From the IMG/VR virus record IMGVR_UViG_3300035668_000001: a stretch of 20,000 nt of DNA. One strand, given 5' to 3'. Position numbers and translations under genes: made by a program. The stretch's first letter is position 1. The number at the start of each line of letters is the position of its first letter. This DNA comes from an uncultured virus (IMG/VR IMGVR_UViG_3300035668_000001). Lineage: Duplodnaviria; Heunggongvirae; Uroviricota; Caudoviricetes. Shown piece after piece: positions 17,234-20,000 of this stretch. Under the pieces are notes generated by a model. That model was not told the DNA's origin. It saw nothing but the letters and a program-made list of their open reading frames with translations, and did no database searches.

Positions 17234-17471
17234 CTGCCCGTCCACCGTCCACGAAGGCGCGCCCGTGCGGGCCGTGGCCCCCGGCAGGTTCACGAATCCG
17301 TGGAACCGCTCCATCGACGTCGACGTCGTCTACTGCGCCGACTGCGCGTACTGGATGCGCTGGTACGGGTTCTTCACCCCCACTGTCCGCACCGGCCGTC
17401 TCATGCGCTTCGGCCACCATCACGACGACTTCACCCCGACCCGCCGACCGACACACTTCCAGCGGCCATAA
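17226..17471 (+). CDS. hypothetical protein (81 aa)
   Basis: GGGAGG RBS; CADC; TAA stop lies within the promoter motif. Confidence 0.65.
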   Translation: MADCPSTVHEGAPVRAVAPGRFTNPWNRSIDVDVVYCADCAYWMRWYGFFTPTVRTGRLMRFGHHHDDFTPTRRPTHFQRP

Positions 17472-17513
17472 ACGCCGTGTACGTTCATGGGTGGGGGAGC
17501 GACCCCCCGACCC
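17457..17513 (+). promoter_or_regulatory. promoter plus AGCGAC-loop hairpin, copy 7 (upstream of dnaB)
   Basis: TTCCAG-N17-TACGTT(17480-17485); GGGT-GGGGG-AGCGAC-CCCCC-G-ACCC (17489-17513). Confidence 0.8.
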
Positions 17514-17539
17514 CCGAACCGTTGCCAACGGAGGCACAC

Positions 17540-17584
17540 GTGAACGCAGCAGAGCGTTCCACTCAAAACCCGGCCGTGACGTGA
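17540..17584 (+). CDS. 14-aa leader mini-ORF coupled to dnaB
   Basis: GGAGG 17530-17534, GTG 17540, TGA overlapping the dnaB GTG (GTGA 17581-17584). Confidence 0.45.
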   Translation: MNAAERSTQNPAVT

Positions 17585-18930
17585 CCGCCGCGCCGGCCGT
17601 CGACGAGGACCAGTTCGCGCGCGTCCCACCGAACGACATCCCCGCCGAACAGTCGGTCCTCGGCGGCATGCTGCTGTCCAAGGACGCGGTCGGCGACGTC
17701 GCCGACATCCTGCACGACGTCGACTTCTACCGCCCCGTCCACTCCACCATCTTCGACTGCATCGTCGCGCTGTACAACAAGGGTGAACCGGCCGACGCGG
17801 TCACCGTCAAGGCCGCCCTCATCGACTCCGGGGACCTCGGCCGCATCGGAGGGGCGTCGTACCTGCACACCCTCATCGACGCCTGCCCCACCGCCGCGAG
17901 TGCCGGGTACTACGCGCGCATCGTCGCCGACCGGGCCGTCAAGCGGCGCCTCGTAGAGGCCGGGATCCACATCACCCAACTCGGCTACAGCACCGGCCAC
18001 GACGCCGACGACGCCACCGACCGGGCGCAGCAGGCGGTGTACGACGTCACCGACCGGCGCGGCAGCGAAGACTACATCGCCCTCGAACACCTGCTACAGC
18101 CGACGATGGACGAGATCGAGGCCAGCGGGCACCGCGGCGACATGACCGGCATCCCCACCGGTTTCCGGGACCTCGACGACCTCACCAACGGCCTGCACCC
18201 GGGGCAGCTCGTAGTCATCGCCGGGCGCCCCGGGTTGGGGAAGTCCACCGCCGCCCTGGACATCGCCCGGTCGTGCACCGTGAAGCACAAGCAGGGCGCG
18301 TGCATCTTCACCCTCGAGATGAGCCGCACCGAAGTCACGATGCGACTCTTGTCCGCCGAGGCGCACGTCCCGTTGCAGAACCTGCGGACCGGGCGCATGT
18401 CCGACGACGACTGGATGCGGATGTCCCGCCGCGCCGGAGACGTCGCCGAGGCCCCGCTGTTCGTCGACGACTCGCCGAACATGACCGTGATGGAGATCCG
18501 GGCCAAGGCCCGGCGGCTGGTTCAGCAGCACAACGTCAAGCTCGTCATCGTCGACTACATGCAGCTCATGTCGTCGCCGAAGAGGACCGAGTCGCGGCAG
18601 CAGGAGGTGTCGGAGATCTCCCGCGGGCTCAAGCTCATGGCCAAGGACTTGAAGATCCCCGTCATCGCCGTCAGCCAACTGAACCGCGGCCCGGAGCAGC
18701 GGACCGACAAACGGCCGCAACTGTCCGACCTTCGCGAGTCGGGGGCGATCGAGCAGGACGCGGACATGGTCATCCTGCTGCACCGCGACGACTACTACGA
18801 GAAGGAATGCCCGCGCGCCGGTGAGGCGGACTTCATCGTGGCGAAGCACCGCAACGGGCCGACGGACACGGTCACCGTTGCCTTCCAGGGCGCCTACAGC
18901 CGGTTCGTGGATTTGGCCGGTCCCGTCTGA
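17581..18930 (+). CDS. dnaB: replicative DNA helicase (449 aa, no intein)
   Basis: PPNDIPAEQSVLGGMLL, Walker A GRPGLGKS, IVDYMQL, SQLNR, DLRESGAIEQDAD, AKHRNGPT. Confidence 0.98.
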   Translation: MTAAPAVDEDQFARVPPNDIPAEQSVLGGMLLSKDAVGDVADILHDVDFYRPVHSTIFDCIVALYNKGEPADAVTVKAALIDSGDLGRIGGASYLHTLIDACPTAASAGYYARIVADRAVKRRLVEAGIHITQLGYSTGHDADDATDRAQQAVYDVTDRRGSEDYIALEHLLQPTMDEIEASGHRGDMTGIPTGFRDLDDLTNGLHPGQLVVIAGRPGLGKSTAALDIARSCTVKHKQGACIFTLEMSRTEVTMRLLSAEAHVPLQNLRTGRMSDDDWMRMSRRAGDVAEAPLFVDDSPNMTVMEIRAKARRLVQQHNVKLVIVDYMQLMSSPKRTESRQQEVSEISRGLKLMAKDLKIPVIAVSQLNRGPEQRTDKRPQLSDLRESGAIEQDADMVILLHRDDYYEKECPRAGEADFIVAKHRNGPTDTVTVAFQGAYSRFVDLAGPV

Positions 18931-18944
18931 CCCGGGTGCCGACG

Positions 18945-18993
18945 GCAAAGAGGGGCGGCCGGGGGACGTCTCCCCCGAACCGCCCCTCTTTGC
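18945..18993. terminator. long hairpin between convergent genes, probably a bidirectional terminator
   Basis: GCAAAGAGGGGCGG/CCGCCCCTCTTTGC 14-bp stem plus inner GGGGGA/TCCCCC. Confidence 0.8.
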
Positions 18994-19042
18994 GAGGACG
19001 GACACGCTGTGCGGCCCGCTGTGCGCCTGTGGCCAGGCCGCG

Positions 19043-20000
19043 TCAGCGTCCCCCCTCGTCCTGCGCCGCCACCCAGGGCCAGCGGCCGGCGTGTCCTGCC
19101 TCTACGTGGCCGATCATCCGGAACGCCGTGTCGGTGAGCCCGCCGAACGACAGCCGGTTCCGGCCGGCGCGCCCGCCGGGCCGGTACCCGGCGAGGTTGA
19201 ACGTGTAGAGCGGCACGTCCTCGGGGATGGCCGTGGACGGGTCCGCGCCGTGGTGCTGCTCGTCGGTGAGGAGCACCACCCGGTCGTGCCGGGCGAAGTA
19301 TGCCGTCAAAGCCGCCGCCGTGTAGGTGCTTCCGCCGATGAAGTAGCCACTTTCGCGCCACCGGTCCAGTGCGCGCAACACCGACTCGCCGCCGCGCACC
19401 GGGAACTGCTTCGCCCGGTCGGAGTAGGCGACGACGTCCGCCGCGTCGCACCGCTGCGCCAAGGCCACGCCGAACAGGACCGCGGCGTCCCACCGCTTGA
19501 GCGTCCCGTCCTTGGAGAACGCGGCGTCCATCGAGTACGAGGTGTCGACGAGGACCAAGGTGCGGCCGGTCAGCCGGGGGATGTTCCGGACCGACAAGGC
19601 GAGCGCCTTCTCGAGTGCGTGCGCCCACCGCAGGTTCCCGACGGCCCGGTACGCGGACATGAACCGCATCGGGAACTGCCGCGAGTTCGCCACCCGCTCC
19701 GGGTCGCACAGCTTGGCGGCCACCGTCTCGGCGACCGCGTCGGACACCCCGGCCTCGTCGAAGTTCCGCAGGTTCCGCAGCAGCGCCATGTATCCCATGT
19801 CCGGGATGACGGCCTCCCACGCCGTCCGGTCCATCGGGGACTGCAACCACCCGGCCATCGACTCCCACGTCATCCCGGCCTCGCGGAGCGTCGGAAGCCC
19901 CGCGACGCGCAGAGCGCCCTCGATGTACCGGCGCCGGTCGGGCACCGGCAGGGCCATCAACGTCTGCCGGGCGCGGAGCATCGTCAGCGTCTCGAGGATC
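19043..20000 (-). CDS. TROVE domain (Ro60/Rsr-like) protein with C-terminal vWA domain; 5' end outside window
   Basis: TWESMAGWL, MGYMALLRNLRNF, SRQFPMRFMSAY, MIDAS LVDTSYSM, LLTDEQ; frame open to window edge. Confidence 0.93.
   Translation of the reverse strand, partial: ILETLTMLRARQTLMALPVPDRRRYIEGALRVAGLPTLREAGMTWESMAGWLQSPMDRTAWEAVIPDMGYMALLRNLRNFDEAGVSDAVAETVAAKLCDPERVANSRQFPMRFMSAYRAVGNLRWAHALEKALALSVRNIPRLTGRTLVLVDTSYSMDAAFSKDGTLKRWDAAVLFGVALAQRCDAADVVAYSDRAKQFPVRGGESVLRALDRWRESGYFIGGSTYTAAALTAYFARHDRVVLLTDEQHHGADPSTAIPEDVPLYTFNLAGYRPGGRAGRNRLSFGGLTDTAFRMIGHVEAGHAGRWPWVAAQDEGGR

Larger units (their letters stand above)
1..18930 (+). mobile_element. Actinobacterial phage/prophage (or phage-like element) early/replication gene region; boundaries not visible in window
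   Basis: Dense co-oriented small ORFs with 4-bp start/stop overlaps; ssb, dnaB, orphan MTase, DUF1643, MazG-like and XRE genes. No integrase, att site or structural genes seen. Confidence 0.8.

Noticed and set aside
17581..18930. Intein in DnaB
   Set aside because: Normal length (449 aa) with contiguous helicase motifs
384..19005. Many long minus-strand and alternate-frame ORFs (e.g. 1305-2258, 9176-10207, 14977-16131, 18094-19005)
   Set aside because: Shadow ORFs expected at high GC; they overlap well-supported coupled + strand genes and lack motifs
1..20000. CRISPR array, tRNA or Y RNA
   Set aside because: No regularly spaced identical repeats and no cloverleaf/T-loop signature found by eye; the hairpin family is dispersed with variable stems

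Overview
High-GC (roughly 70% by eye) actinobacterial phage/prophage-type early and replication region. About 42 mostly small ORFs are packed on the + strand, usually coupled by ATGA/GTGA overlaps. Recognisable genes: ssb, several HTH proteins, a PAPS-reductase-family protein, a beta-class SPPY DNA methyltransferase, DUF1643, a MazG-like pyrophosphohydrolase and dnaB. A convergent, 5'-truncated TROVE/Ro60-vWA gene lies at the right end. The most notable unexplained signal is a dispersed family of seven hairpins. All carry an AGCGAC loop on stems that differ in sequence but keep pairing, and all lie on the + strand shortly upstream of a gene start. Five begin just downstream of a shared promoter-like motif (nnAAY-SSCS-TG-TAnnnT). 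This suggests a phage-wide cis-acting RNA element, such as an antitermination, processing or protein-binding site. Host, element type and function are inferences; no database searches were run.
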